From Deltaproteobacteria bacterium (lineage in GTDB: Bacteria > Desulfobacterota > Desulfobacteria > Desulfobacterales > SURF-7), in the NCBI GenBank assembly GCA_019307665.1, contig JAFDJC010000002.1, positions 1-41,820 of the forward strand: a stretch of DNA of 41,820 bases. Direction: 5' to 3'. Each line of letters starts with the position of its first letter. Positions within the stretch are counted from its first letter, which is position 1. A program made the translations under genes and the position numbers. Of this stretch, positions 17,314-25,935 are shown one piece after another. The notes beneath the pieces are model-generated. The model saw only the letters and a program-made list of their open reading frames with translations. It made no database searches and was not told the origin of the DNA.

Positions 17314-18807
17314 ATGGAAAAACATTATAAAAAAATATTCATTACAATAATTGCCGTAAAGCTGCTTCTTGCCTGGCTGTTTCCCATTACATCCGATGAA
17401 GCCTACTTCTACACATGGACCAAACAGTTGGACGTCAACTTTTATGATCACCCCCCCATGACCGGCTGGGCTGTCTGGCTTTTTTCTTCTTTTGGGGATC
17501 ACATTTTCTTTTTAAGGTTCTTCACCGTTCTTTGTGGAGTGGTGGTGGCCGCCGGTATCTTTTTTATCATAAAAGAACTTTTTAAAGATCATGAAAAGGC
17601 CGCCATTGTATCACTCTCATTTCTTGTTGCTCCCCTGCATATGCTGTTTTTTCCCATCAGCACTGACTCGCCGCTGTTTGTTTTTGTTTTTCTTTCGGGC
17701 GCTGCCTTTTATTATGGCGTCAACCGTAAAACACCCGGCCTCGTCTTCTTGTCCGGTATTTTTCTGGGCCTTGCTGTCCTCAGTAAATACTTTGCAGGCC
17801 TTCTGCTCATCGCCTTTTTTACCTGTATTTTTATAAAAAAGGAACGCCGGCCCGTAAAAAACAGCCTCCTGCTTCTTGCCGGATCTGTTCCCTTTGTGCT
17901 GTTGCATCTTTACTGGAATTACATGAGCTGTTGGACCAACATCATGTTCAATGTGATCAACAGAAATAAAAACATCTCTTATGACTTTTCAGGACTGCTT
18001 GTTTTCCCGGCATGCCAGATCTATCTTGCGACACCATGGCTTCTTTATTTTCTTTTTAAAAATTTCAGGCATGTTTTGGAAAAGATCAAACAAGACAACA
18101 ACCTGTTTATCTATTTTTATCTTATACCCATCATGATACTGTTCCTTGTATCATTTTACAATACAGGTCTACACTGGGTGCTTGCCTTTTATCCTTTCCT
18201 GTTTTTACTTACGGCATATCTTAAAAAAGAAATTCTGAAAAAAATTGTTAAATATTCTCTGGTATTCAGCCTTGTCCACCTGGCATTGATCTTTATTGTC
18301 CTTTTGCTCCCGATTGAGACGTTCAAAAACCACCAATACTATCATGATTTTGTTCTCTGCATGCATGGTGACGAGGTATATGAAAAACTGACAGATCAAT
18401 TCGGATCTGATTATATCCTTGCAACAAACGGTTATTACACTTCAGGAGCGCTTGCCTATTTCAGCAAAAAAAGATGTATTGTGTTTCTTGACAACTCAAA
18501 ATACGGGCGGCACGATGACAAGCTGACGGATTTTAAAAGGCTTGACGGAAAAGACATTCTGGTATTTGCCACCCTTGAATTAAAAGCCGACTACACCCCG
18601 TTTTTTAAACAAATCAAGAAAGAAAAGCTGACTGTAAGACAGAACGATTTCAATATACTAATTGGCAAAGGGTTTAACTACAGTGCATACAAAGAACTTT
18701 TCCTGAAAAAAATTCTTCAAGACCGGTATGATATTCCTGATTTTCTGCCTGTGGGCGACTGTTATTTTTATAACCTCTATTTTCCTGAAAAAAATTGCCC
18801 GAATTAA
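17314..18807 (+). CDS. GT-C fold glycosyltransferase (ArnT/PMT_2-like) number 2
   Basis: 497 aa polytopic protein. ITSDEAYFYTWTKQLDVNFYDHPPMTGW is the classical ArnT/PMT first-loop motif. Confidence 0.85.
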   Translation: MEKHYKKIFITIIAVKLLLAWLFPITSDEAYFYTWTKQLDVNFYDHPPMTGWAVWLFSSFGDHIFFLRFFTVLCGVVVAAGIFFIIKELFKDHEKAAIVSLSFLVAPLHMLFFPISTDSPLFVFVFLSGAAFYYGVNRKTPGLVFLSGIFLGLAVLSKYFAGLLLIAFFTCIFIKKERRPVKNSLLLLAGSVPFVLLHLYWNYMSCWTNIMFNVINRNKNISYDFSGLLVFPACQIYLATPWLLYFLFKNFRHVLEKIKQDNNLFIYFYLIPIMILFLVSFYNTGLHWVLAFYPFLFLLTAYLKKEILKKIVKYSLVFSLVHLALIFIVLLLPIETFKNHQYYHDFVLCMHGDEVYEKLTDQFGSDYILATNGYYTSGALAYFSKKRCIVFLDNSKYGRHDDKLTDFKRLDGKDILVFATLELKADYTPFFKQIKKEKLTVRQNDFNILIGKGFNYSAYKELFLKKILQDRYDIPDFLPVGDCYFYNLYFPEKNCPN

Positions 18808-18944
18808 GACCAGACTATGATCAGATTAGAATCGGGTTAGAAGTTTGACCGATTCCGGCAGCTTATTGCCTTTAGTGATCTTATTTGCTATGGTACCCGG
18901 AACGATTTAATATGTTTAGGCATTTAGCACTTTAAAATTAAAAT

Positions 18945-19820
18945 ATGATGAAATTTAAATCCTTCATTCATTTGGCCAGACCTCACCAGTACATGAAAAA
19001 CGGGTTTGTCTGGCTGCCGCTCTTTTTTGCAGGCCAGGTGCATAACCTTAACTCTGTTTTGCATACTTTTTATGCATTTATTGCATTCTGCCTGGCGGCA
19101 AGCAGCATCTATATTATTAATGACATCAAAGATGCCGAAGAGGACAAACTGCACCCGCTTAAAAAATTCAGGCCGATTGCATCAGGCGAGTTAAACCGTT
19201 TTGAAGCCGGCTGTTTCTTTATCATCCTTCTTTTTTCGACCGGTATGCTGTCCTTTTCTTTTCTGCCGAATTCATTTCTTTATATTGTGGGCGGATATAT
19301 TATTCTTAACCTTGCCTATTCGGGGTTTTTGAAACATATAGCGATTATCGATGTGGTATGCATCGCAATGGGATTTGTTCTGAGGGTCAGGGCGGGCGGT
19401 ATAGCCGGAGATGTGGCCATAAGTCCCTGGATTATGATTATGACATTTCTTCTTGCCATGTTTCTCGCTCTTGCCAAAAGAAGAGACGACCTGCTTCTTT
19501 CCGACAATGGAATCGGTTCAAGAAAATCCCTGGATGGATACAATCTTGAATTTGTTTCCGCCAGCATGATTGTCATGGCGTCTGTCATCATCGTTTCATA
19601 TATTCTTTATTCTGTTTCGCCCGAGGTGATTGAAAAACATGGAACCGCAAACCTTTATCTGGCCTCTTTCTGGGTTATTGTGGGGCTTTTAAGATACATG
19701 CAGATTACCTTTGTCGAGAAACAAAGCGGGTCTCCGACCATGATTCTTTTAAAGGACTATATGCTGCAGGCCATAGTGATTCTATGGCTTTTAAGCATCT
19801 ATCTTCTGATTTACCATTAG
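18945..19820 (+). CDS. UbiA-family polyprenyl-phosphate phosphoribosyltransferase (Rv3806c/DPPR synthase-like)
   Basis: 291 aa with about 8 TM segments. It carries the Asp-rich motif and flank IINDIKDAEEDKLHPLKKFRPIASGEL and a second motif ALAKRRDDLLL. Confidence 0.8.
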   Translation: MMKFKSFIHLARPHQYMKNGFVWLPLFFAGQVHNLNSVLHTFYAFIAFCLAASSIYIINDIKDAEEDKLHPLKKFRPIASGELNRFEAGCFFIILLFSTGMLSFSFLPNSFLYIVGGYIILNLAYSGFLKHIAIIDVVCIAMGFVLRVRAGGIAGDVAISPWIMIMTFLLAMFLALAKRRDDLLLSDNGIGSRKSLDGYNLEFVSASMIVMASVIIVSYILYSVSPEVIEKHGTANLYLASFWVIVGLLRYMQITFVEKQSGSPTMILLKDYMLQAIVILWLLSIYLLIYH

Positions 19821-19897
19821 TACCTTAGAAATTATTTTCTGCACATTTTTCGCAGAAAACAATTTCGTCAAGGTACTTATCCAGCTCGGCTGGGTTA
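19816..19897 (+). repeat. intercistronic structured repeat, long copy
   Basis: ATTAGTACCTTAGAAATTAT, then a 45-nt insert with hairpin TTTCTGC..GCAGAAA, then CCAGCTCGGCTGGGTTA. It starts at the stop codon of the upstream gene. A short copy lies at 27242..27278. Confidence 0.6.
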
Positions 19898-19906
19898 GGT
19901 ACTTTT

Positions 19907-21205
19907 ATGGAACTGACAAGCTGGGGACGACATCCACGGATCGCAGCATCCTCTTCATCATTTGAAACAGAGGGTGAACTCCTTCGTACGCTTGAAAAAG
20001 GCGGCGACATTATTGCCCGCGGACTGGGAAGAAGCTACGGTGACAGTGCCCTTAACAGCAATGTCATTTCAACTGCAAGATTTAACAAAATACTCGCCTT
20101 TGATCCGTCAAACGGCCTTGTTGTATGTGAAAGCGGCGTAACCCTGGCAGAACTTATAGAAATATTTCTTAAAAGGGGCTGGTTTTTATCGATAACTCCC
20201 GGCACGCGGTTGATAACTGTCGGCGGCGCCATAGCAAGCGATGTTCACGGAAAAAATCACCATACTGCCGGATGTTTCAGTGAATGTGTCGAGTGGTTCG
20301 AACTTATGCTCCCGGATAAAAGCATTGTCCGGTGCAGCAGGGAGGAAAACAGGGAACTGTTTCTAGCAACCTGCGGCGGTATGGGACTTACCGGAATTAT
20401 CCTGACTGCCGCCATCAGGCTGAAACGGGTCAACAGCGCGTATATCCGTGAAACCGTTATCAGGTGTAACAATCTTTCTGAAATTTTCCATCTTTTTGAC
20501 GTGTATCAGGCTACGACATATTCGGTGGCCTGGATAGACTGTGCAGCATCGGGAAAACGCCTCGGAAGATCTGTTTTAATGGCAGGTGAACATGCCGAGG
20601 CAGGAAAACTGAACATACCGCTTCCGCGCACCCTGTCCGTGCCGTTTGATTTGCCGAGCTTTTGCCTGAACAAATATTCTGTTTCCATTTTTAACCGGCT
20701 CTACTTCAACACCAGCCCGTCACATATTAAAGACAGGCTTGTCCTTCTGGAACCATTTTTCTATCCACTTGATAAAATCGGCAACTGGAACCGTATATAC
20801 GGCAAGAAAGGTTTTACACAATATCAACCGGTCATTCCCAGGGAAAGCGCCTATGAAGCGCTTAAGGAGATACTCAACAGAATAGCAAAACAGGGACTCG
20901 GTTCTTTTCTTGCTGTCCTCAAACTGTTCGGGCCTGAAAATGAAAACTTCATCTCCTTTCCCATGGGCGGATACACACTGGCGCTTGATTTTAAAATAGA
21001 ACCAAGGCTGTTTCCTTTTCTGGACGAGCTTGACAGAATCGTCATCGATTTCGGCGGACGTGTCTATCTCACAAAAGATGTCAGAATGTCAAAAGAGGTG
21101 TTCAGAAAAGGTTACCCGGGGTGGGAACAGTTCGCGGAAATAAGGGAAAAATACAAAATGAAGGGTAAATTCGAATCTCTTCAGTCAAAAAGGCTTGAGG
21201 TGTAA
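19907..21205 (+). CDS. FAD-dependent oxidase, DprE1-like (polyprenyl-P-ribose 2'-oxidase)
   Basis: 432 aa. SWGRHPRI...ARGLGRSYGDSALN...ITVGGAIASDVHGKNHH matches the FAD_binding_4 plus ALO-type layout typical of DprE1 homologs. Confidence 0.8.
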   Translation: MELTSWGRHPRIAASSSSFETEGELLRTLEKGGDIIARGLGRSYGDSALNSNVISTARFNKILAFDPSNGLVVCESGVTLAELIEIFLKRGWFLSITPGTRLITVGGAIASDVHGKNHHTAGCFSECVEWFELMLPDKSIVRCSREENRELFLATCGGMGLTGIILTAAIRLKRVNSAYIRETVIRCNNLSEIFHLFDVYQATTYSVAWIDCAASGKRLGRSVLMAGEHAEAGKLNIPLPRTLSVPFDLPSFCLNKYSVSIFNRLYFNTSPSHIKDRLVLLEPFFYPLDKIGNWNRIYGKKGFTQYQPVIPRESAYEALKEILNRIAKQGLGSFLAVLKLFGPENENFISFPMGGYTLALDFKIEPRLFPFLDELDRIVIDFGGRVYLTKDVRMSKEVFRKGYPGWEQFAEIREKYKMKGKFESLQSKRLEV

Positions 21206-21207
21206 AT

Positions 21208-21939
21208 ATGAATCTTTTGGTTTTAGGTGCAAATTCTGATGTGGCACATGCGGTTTCGAAAAAGTTTGCGAAAGAAGAAAAAGTAAACCTTTATCTTGCT
21301 TCGCGCAACATGGAAGTTCTTGAGAAAAAAGCACAAGACCTTCAAACAAGATTTGGTGTTAACGCAAAAGTATTATTTTTTGATGCAGAAGACGGGCAAT
21401 CTCGAAAAGATTTTTATGAATCACTCGACCCCCGGCCTGATGGAGTCATACTTGCTTTCGGATATCTCGGTGATCAGGAAAAGGCGCAGGACAGTTTTGA
21501 AGAAGCGGAAAAAATTATTAACACAAACTTTACACATGCTGTTGCCATTCTTGAAGTCATTGCAAAAGATTTCGAAAAAAGGGGTCATGGTTTCATAGTT
21601 GGTATAAGTTCCGTCGCAGGAGAACGTGGCCGTAAAAGCAATTATTTCTATGGCGCCGCCAAAGGCGCCCTGTCGATTTATCTAAGCGGGCTCAGAAACA
21701 GGCTGTCAGGGCGTGGAATAAACGTTATCACCATTCTGCCTGGTTTTATCGATACAAAAATGACTGAGGGCATGGATTTACCGGGCGCCCTCACCGCATC
21801 ACCGGATGAAGTTGCTGAAGACATCTATGTCGCCTTCAAAAAAAATAAGAGCATCGTCTATACTAAATGGTTCTGGAAGTGGGTAATGGCGATTATAAAA
21901 TCGATTCCTGAACCGATTTTCAAACGCATGAGTCTGTAA
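21208..21939 (+). CDS. short-chain dehydrogenase, DprE2-like (2'-keto reductase)
   Basis: 243 aa beginning 3 nt after the DprE1-like stop. It has an atypical SDR N-terminus LVLGANSDVAHAVSKKF, as in DprE2-type proteins, plus YGAAK and ILPGFIDTKM. Confidence 0.75.
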   Translation: MNLLVLGANSDVAHAVSKKFAKEEKVNLYLASRNMEVLEKKAQDLQTRFGVNAKVLFFDAEDGQSRKDFYESLDPRPDGVILAFGYLGDQEKAQDSFEEAEKIINTNFTHAVAILEVIAKDFEKRGHGFIVGISSVAGERGRKSNYFYGAAKGALSIYLSGLRNRLSGRGINVITILPGFIDTKMTEGMDLPGALTASPDEVAEDIYVAFKKNKSIVYTKWFWKWVMAIIKSIPEPIFKRMSL

Positions 21940-21971
21940 CATTTGCTCTGTAGCATTTGTATAGGTCAGGC

Positions 21972-22943
21972 ATGACGCATTTTGAACCGGCTTATATTAA
22001 AACATATGAGACAGGCAGCCTGAATAAAAAGATAGAAAAAGCATATCAGGCTTTAAAAAACTGTAGGCTCTGCCCGCGAAAATGCGGGGTTGACAGGACA
22101 GCAGGAAAAACCGGCATATGCCTGACCGGGGAAAAAGCGGTTGTATGCAGTTTTAACGCTCATTTTGGTGAAGAATCTCCATTGGTGGGCACTAACGGTT
22201 CGGGAACGATTTTCTTTACGTACTGCAACCTGATGTGCAATTTCTGTCAAAATTATGAAATCAGCCATGGCGGTGAAGGCGAACCCGTAGTCCCGGAACA
22301 GATTGCACGCATGATGCTTATCCTGCAAAAACAAGGTTGTCACAATATTAACTTTGTCAGCCCAAGCCATGTTGTTCCCCAGATTCTTGCGGCTGTCGGC
22401 GTGGCGATAGAGAACGGCCTGTCAGTTCCGCTTGTCTATAACACCAGCGCATATGACAAGGTCGAGACACTGAAATTGCTGGAAGGCGTGGTGGATATCT
22501 ACATGCCTGATTTCAAATTTCAGGATCCTGAAATTGCCGAAAGCACGTGTAAAGCAAAAGACTACCCTGAATATGCACAAAATGCCCTGGTTGAAATGCA
22601 CCGCCAGGTCGGCGACCTGATAACTGATCCGCTAATGGATGAGTCCGGAATCGCTCAAAGGGGCCTTATCATCAGACACCTTGTTCTCCCGAACCGGCTC
22701 GCCGGAACACGGGAAGCAATGACATTCATTGCCGAAAAAGTTTCCATAGACAGTTATGTAAATATCATGCCCCAGTATCGACCATGCGGCCTCGCACATG
22801 AAACAAAGGGGATGAACCGGGCAATCACGGAAGAAGAATTTGAAACAGCTGTCAGGGAAGCATCGTCAGCCGGTATCCATAGATTTGACAACAGGGAATT
22901 CCGGGGACAGTATATCTATTTCGACAGGAAGTGCCTCGAATAA
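21972..22943 (+). CDS. radical SAM protein, PflX/COG1313-like (activase-related)
   Basis: CRLCPRKCGVDR...GICL (N-terminal Cys cluster), then FFTYCNLMCNFCQNYEIS (CX3CX2C). ATG 21972 is preferred over the non-ATG track start at 21957. Confidence 0.85.
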   Translation: MTHFEPAYIKTYETGSLNKKIEKAYQALKNCRLCPRKCGVDRTAGKTGICLTGEKAVVCSFNAHFGEESPLVGTNGSGTIFFTYCNLMCNFCQNYEISHGGEGEPVVPEQIARMMLILQKQGCHNINFVSPSHVVPQILAAVGVAIENGLSVPLVYNTSAYDKVETLKLLEGVVDIYMPDFKFQDPEIAESTCKAKDYPEYAQNALVEMHRQVGDLITDPLMDESGIAQRGLIIRHLVLPNRLAGTREAMTFIAEKVSIDSYVNIMPQYRPCGLAHETKGMNRAITEEEFETAVREASSAGIHRFDNREFRGQYIYFDRKCLE

Positions 22944-22997
22944 AACAAAAGCAGTGGTGAAATAGATATACTGTCCCCGGAAAACTGTCCCCGGAAA
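22899..22997. repeat. 24-bp perfect inverted repeat enclosing the radical SAM stop codon, plus a 14-nt tandem duplication
   Basis: Left arm ttccggggacagtatatctatttc (22899..22922, inside the CDS). Right arm gaaatagatatactgtccccggaa (22959..22982). The 36-nt loop holds TAA 22941..22943. actgtccccggaaa occurs twice in tandem (22970..22997). Confidence 0.7.
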
Positions 22998-23058
22998 ACA
23001 TTATATTTTGGCGAAATTTTGGATTGCTATGAAACTGAGTAACTGACGGGAGAAGGCC

Positions 23059-23382
23059 TTGGATTTTTTATATCAGCCACCGTTAAACCTTTACCTCACC
23101 GCAGCATTATCAGTAATCTCGATAATCTCAATCGTATTATGCGTCCAGAGATTTAGAACGGCATATCATGACCCGGAAGAATACTCATGCGCTACCTGGT
23201 TTATAAAAGGCATACGCAGTTTGCTAATCTCCTTAACAGCAGGAGCATGGGCTGCCGGTTTATTTTGGAACCAGCGCTGGCTTTTCATAATAGGTCTGGT
23301 CATTATTTGCCAAGAACTTTGGGAAGGGGCTATTTTGAGTTCCCTTTTACGAAAGGGCATAAAAATAGATAAGGGTGAGTAA
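23059..23382 (+). CDS. small integral membrane protein (3 predicted TM)
   Basis: 107 aa with a TTG start preceded by GGGAGAAGG. Three hydrophobic stretches are visible, with no recognisable family. Confidence 0.45.
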   Translation: MDFLYQPPLNLYLTAALSVISIISIVLCVQRFRTAYHDPEEYSCATWFIKGIRSLLISLTAGAWAAGLFWNQRWLFIIGLVIICQELWEGAILSSLLRKGIKIDKGE

Positions 23383-23389
23383 GTCTTGC

Positions 23390-23947
23390 CTATTCCTTAG
23401 CAATCTTCTTCCACAGTTCAGCAGTTTCTTTTTGTGCTTCAGTGATTTGAGCTGACGTCATTTTAGATTCGATAATAGAGATATTATGTTTTGCTTTTTC
23501 GTCCCCCTGTGCGGATGCCAGGCTAAACCAAATATACGCTTTTTTATAATTATTTTGTATGCCTTTACCATTTGCATACATGTTACCTAAGGTATACTGA
23601 GCCTCGGCAAGTCCTTGTTTAGCAGCCTTTATATACCATTTAACAGCTTTAGCATAGTTTTGTGGTACTCCTTCACCATTTTCATACATGATGCCTAAGT
23701 TATACTGGGCAAAACGACCTCCATGTCCAGCAGCTTTTGTAAACCATTTAAAAGCCTCAGCATAGTTTTGTGGCACGCTGTCGCCTTTGCGATACATAAA
23801 GCCTACGACGGATTGAGCCTTCACATCTCCCTGTTTAGCTTTTTCTAAAAGCCCTTCTAAATCTATGCCTTCAGAAAAAGCAGCACCGGTAAAAACTAAA
23901 ATACAAGAAAACAATAACACCAAGTGTAAAAATGATTTTTTAATCAT
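23390..23947 (-). CDS. secreted Sel1-repeat (SLR) protein
   Basis: 185 aa with a signal peptide and four tandem units of the type AQ-x-LG-x-MY-x-NG-x-GVPQNY-x-KA-x-KWY-x-KAA. Confidence 0.9.
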   Translation of the reverse strand: MIKKSFLHLVLLFSCILVFTGAAFSEGIDLEGLLEKAKQGDVKAQSVVGFMYRKGDSVPQNYAEAFKWFTKAAGHGGRFAQYNLGIMYENGEGVPQNYAKAVKWYIKAAKQGLAEAQYTLGNMYANGKGIQNNYKKAYIWFSLASAQGDEKAKHNISIIESKMTSAQITEAQKETAELWKKIAKE

Positions 23948-24258
23948 AACTTCTCCACTGTCTGTCTATTTGTAGTGAATTTAATTTGAAAGTTCTTGTA
24001 ATAAAAGCATATATCAGTCAGGGCAGATATCGCAAGGAGTTTTTTTGAGATTCCCGCCACGTAATTCCAGGCGTACAAGCAAAGTGTATAAGAGGCGGGA
24101 TTAAGGTTTCCAGTTGTTTATTCCCTTTTTTCCTGTTTCTGCTATTACAATTAACTGACACATCGTTACCAAGCAATAAAATAATGAGTGGCGGTGTCGC
24201 GATTGATATGATAAAAGAAATTAAACACGAAATATTATTGAAAGTTAAATGAGGGATC

Positions 24259-24594
24259 ATGACAATTAGAAAATTTGCTTTATTGCTGGTTTTTCTGTCG
24301 CTGCTGTTTGGGTGCTCTACATATCCTCATCGAGCTTTGCTAAAAACGATTAAGCCTGGAATAACCAGAGCGCAGCTGGGTGATAAACTGGGTGATCCTG
24401 AAAAAACAAAAGCCATTGGACGGCATTATTGGGTGAAGTATTATCTTGCCGATGATGCTGCGGTTTGCACAGCACACTATTTTATTTTTAATAGTGAGAG
24501 CAGGCTAGTTAAGTGGGAAGAAGATAAAAAAGACGAAATAGTAGATAAAAATGATGTTCTTATGCATATTTTCAAACCCTTTTTCATTCCCTGA
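24259..24594 (+). CDS. small lipoprotein (BamE/SmpA-like size class)
   Basis: 111 aa with signal plus lipobox LLVFLSLLFGC. GAGGGA lies upstream of the ATG. Confidence 0.65.
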   Translation: MTIRKFALLLVFLSLLFGCSTYPHRALLKTIKPGITRAQLGDKLGDPEKTKAIGRHYWVKYYLADDAAVCTAHYFIFNSESRLVKWEEDKKDEIVDKNDVLMHIFKPFFIP

Positions 24595-24601
24595 AACCTT
24601 C

Positions 24602-25000
24602 TTATTCAAAATAATCTAAATACGCTTCGGGTATTTGTGTTTTATCCACCTGGAAAAGTTCGATCAATACGTCGTCAGGAGCCGGAACCATAATATACTT
24701 CCAAAATCCCAGGTCCGTAATTTCCTTTTGAAGAGAAACGCCTTTAGATTTCATTTGATCTACCACTTTGTCTATGTCATCAGTCTGGATTCCAAAATGA
24801 TGTATGCTCCCTCTCCCGGGATTTTTAGGTGCCTGGTCATAGAAGTGGATCCTTCCGGTCCCGACTCTCATGAACACGTTTCGCGCACCTGCCAGCTCCG
24901 CATCAAGCACGATCCTTCCGTAAAAAAATTCTTTGTAAAACCTGATACTCTCATCAATATCCGACGCAAAAATATGAACGTGATGCATATGACTGTTCAT
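24602..25000 (-). CDS. VOC/glyoxalase-family protein
   Basis: 132 aa. HHVHIFASDIDESIRFYKEFF...GSIHHFGIQTDDID...VLIELFQ is the paired beta-alpha-beta-beta-beta metal-site pattern. Confidence 0.85.
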   Translation of the reverse strand: MNSHMHHVHIFASDIDESIRFYKEFFYGRIVLDAELAGARNVFMRVGTGRIHFYDQAPKNPGRGSIHHFGIQTDDIDKVVDQMKSKGVSLQKEITDLGFWKYIMVPAPDDVLIELFQVDKTQIPEAYLDYFE

Positions 25001-25029
25001 GATGTTTCCTTTAGCTTTACTTCAATGAT

Positions 25030-25080
25030 TTCAGATGTTTTCGATATTATCATGGCTGTCGCTCATCACTGCAACAATCA
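25030..25080 (-). pseudogene. 16-codon N-terminal relic resembling an MJ0936/YfcE-type metallophosphoesterase
   Basis: AAAGGAG-N6-ATG, then MIVAVMSDSHDNIENI followed by a stop. The D-x-H motif I context resembles the family N-terminus. It sits immediately upstream of the VOC gene. Confidence 0.35.
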
Positions 25081-25282
25081 TGGTTTACTCCTTTTTTACT
25101 ATATTTAGATAAAAATGTAATACCTGTCAATGTTGCGGTGTCCCCTGATTCAAATTCTCTTGATATATTCTCATAATTATGGGAATCTCTTTTTTTCGGA
25201 TCAAAAAATTGTTGCGGAACTTTGCAATGAAACAAAATTTTATTTTGATATTAATAATAGTTGAGGCAAAGGAGGTCTGTCC

Positions 25283-25894
25283 ATGAAAAAAGTTTTTCCG
25301 GCTGCGATAACCGGCTTAATGATGATCTGGATTGTTTTTGCGGGATGCGCTTCTGTAAGGGTTGACAGGGTTGAAACAGATAAAATAATAGATCTCAGCG
25401 GCAAATGGAACGATACGGACTCAAGGCTTGTTTCCGAAGAGATGATAAAAGATGTTTTAAACAGGCCCTGGCACAAAAAGTTTGTAAGCAAACATAGCGG
25501 AAACCTTCCGACTGTAATCGTGGGAACTGTGCGTAATCGAAGTCACGAACACATCAATGTAAACACCTTTGTAAAAGATCTTGAAAGGGCCTTGATCAAT
25601 TCTGGTGAAGTAAGTTTTGTTGCAGACCGGATCCAGAGGGAAGAGCTAAGGGAAGAACTGAAGCAGCAATCTACTCACTCTTCGGAAGATACGGCAAAAG
25701 CGCCTGGCGAGGAAATCGGTGCGGATTTTATGCTGAAGGGAGAAATAAACACCATAAGGGACAAGCTTGAGGGTGAAGAAGTGATGTTTTATCAAATCAA
25801 CCTGGAGCTTATTGATATTGAAACTCACCGGATGGTCTGGATCGGTGAAAAGAAGATAAAAAAATTCATCGAACGGGATAGTTTCGGAATATAA
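25283..25894 (+). CDS. LpoB/COG3417-like lipoprotein (penicillin-binding-protein activator / FlgO-like family)
   Basis: 203 aa with lipobox IVFAGC. DLSGKWNDTDSRLVSEEMI...PTVIVGTVRNRSHEHINVNTF...LINSGEVSFVA...GADFMLKGEINTI...YQINLELIDIETHRMVW matches the family pattern. Confidence 0.8.
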   Translation: MKKVFPAAITGLMMIWIVFAGCASVRVDRVETDKIIDLSGKWNDTDSRLVSEEMIKDVLNRPWHKKFVSKHSGNLPTVIVGTVRNRSHEHINVNTFVKDLERALINSGEVSFVADRIQREELREELKQQSTHSSEDTAKAPGEEIGADFMLKGEINTIRDKLEGEEVMFYQINLELIDIETHRMVWIGEKKIKKFIERDSFGI

Positions 25895-25935
25895 TCTTGC
25901 CGGAACATTTGAACTTATTAAAAACATTAAGCTGT

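Noticed and set aside
22970-22997. Possible CRISPR or tandem array
   Set aside because: There are only two adjacent 14-nt units with no spacers. No CRISPR-like periodic repeats were seen anywhere in the window.
24018-24260. 80-aa minus-strand ORF in the Sel1/lipoprotein divergent region
   Set aside because: It has no SD and an odd composition, and it occupies what is more plausibly a divergent promoter region.
24635-25108. 157-aa plus-strand ORF
   Set aside because: It is antisense to the VOC gene, which has clear glyoxalase-fold motifs.
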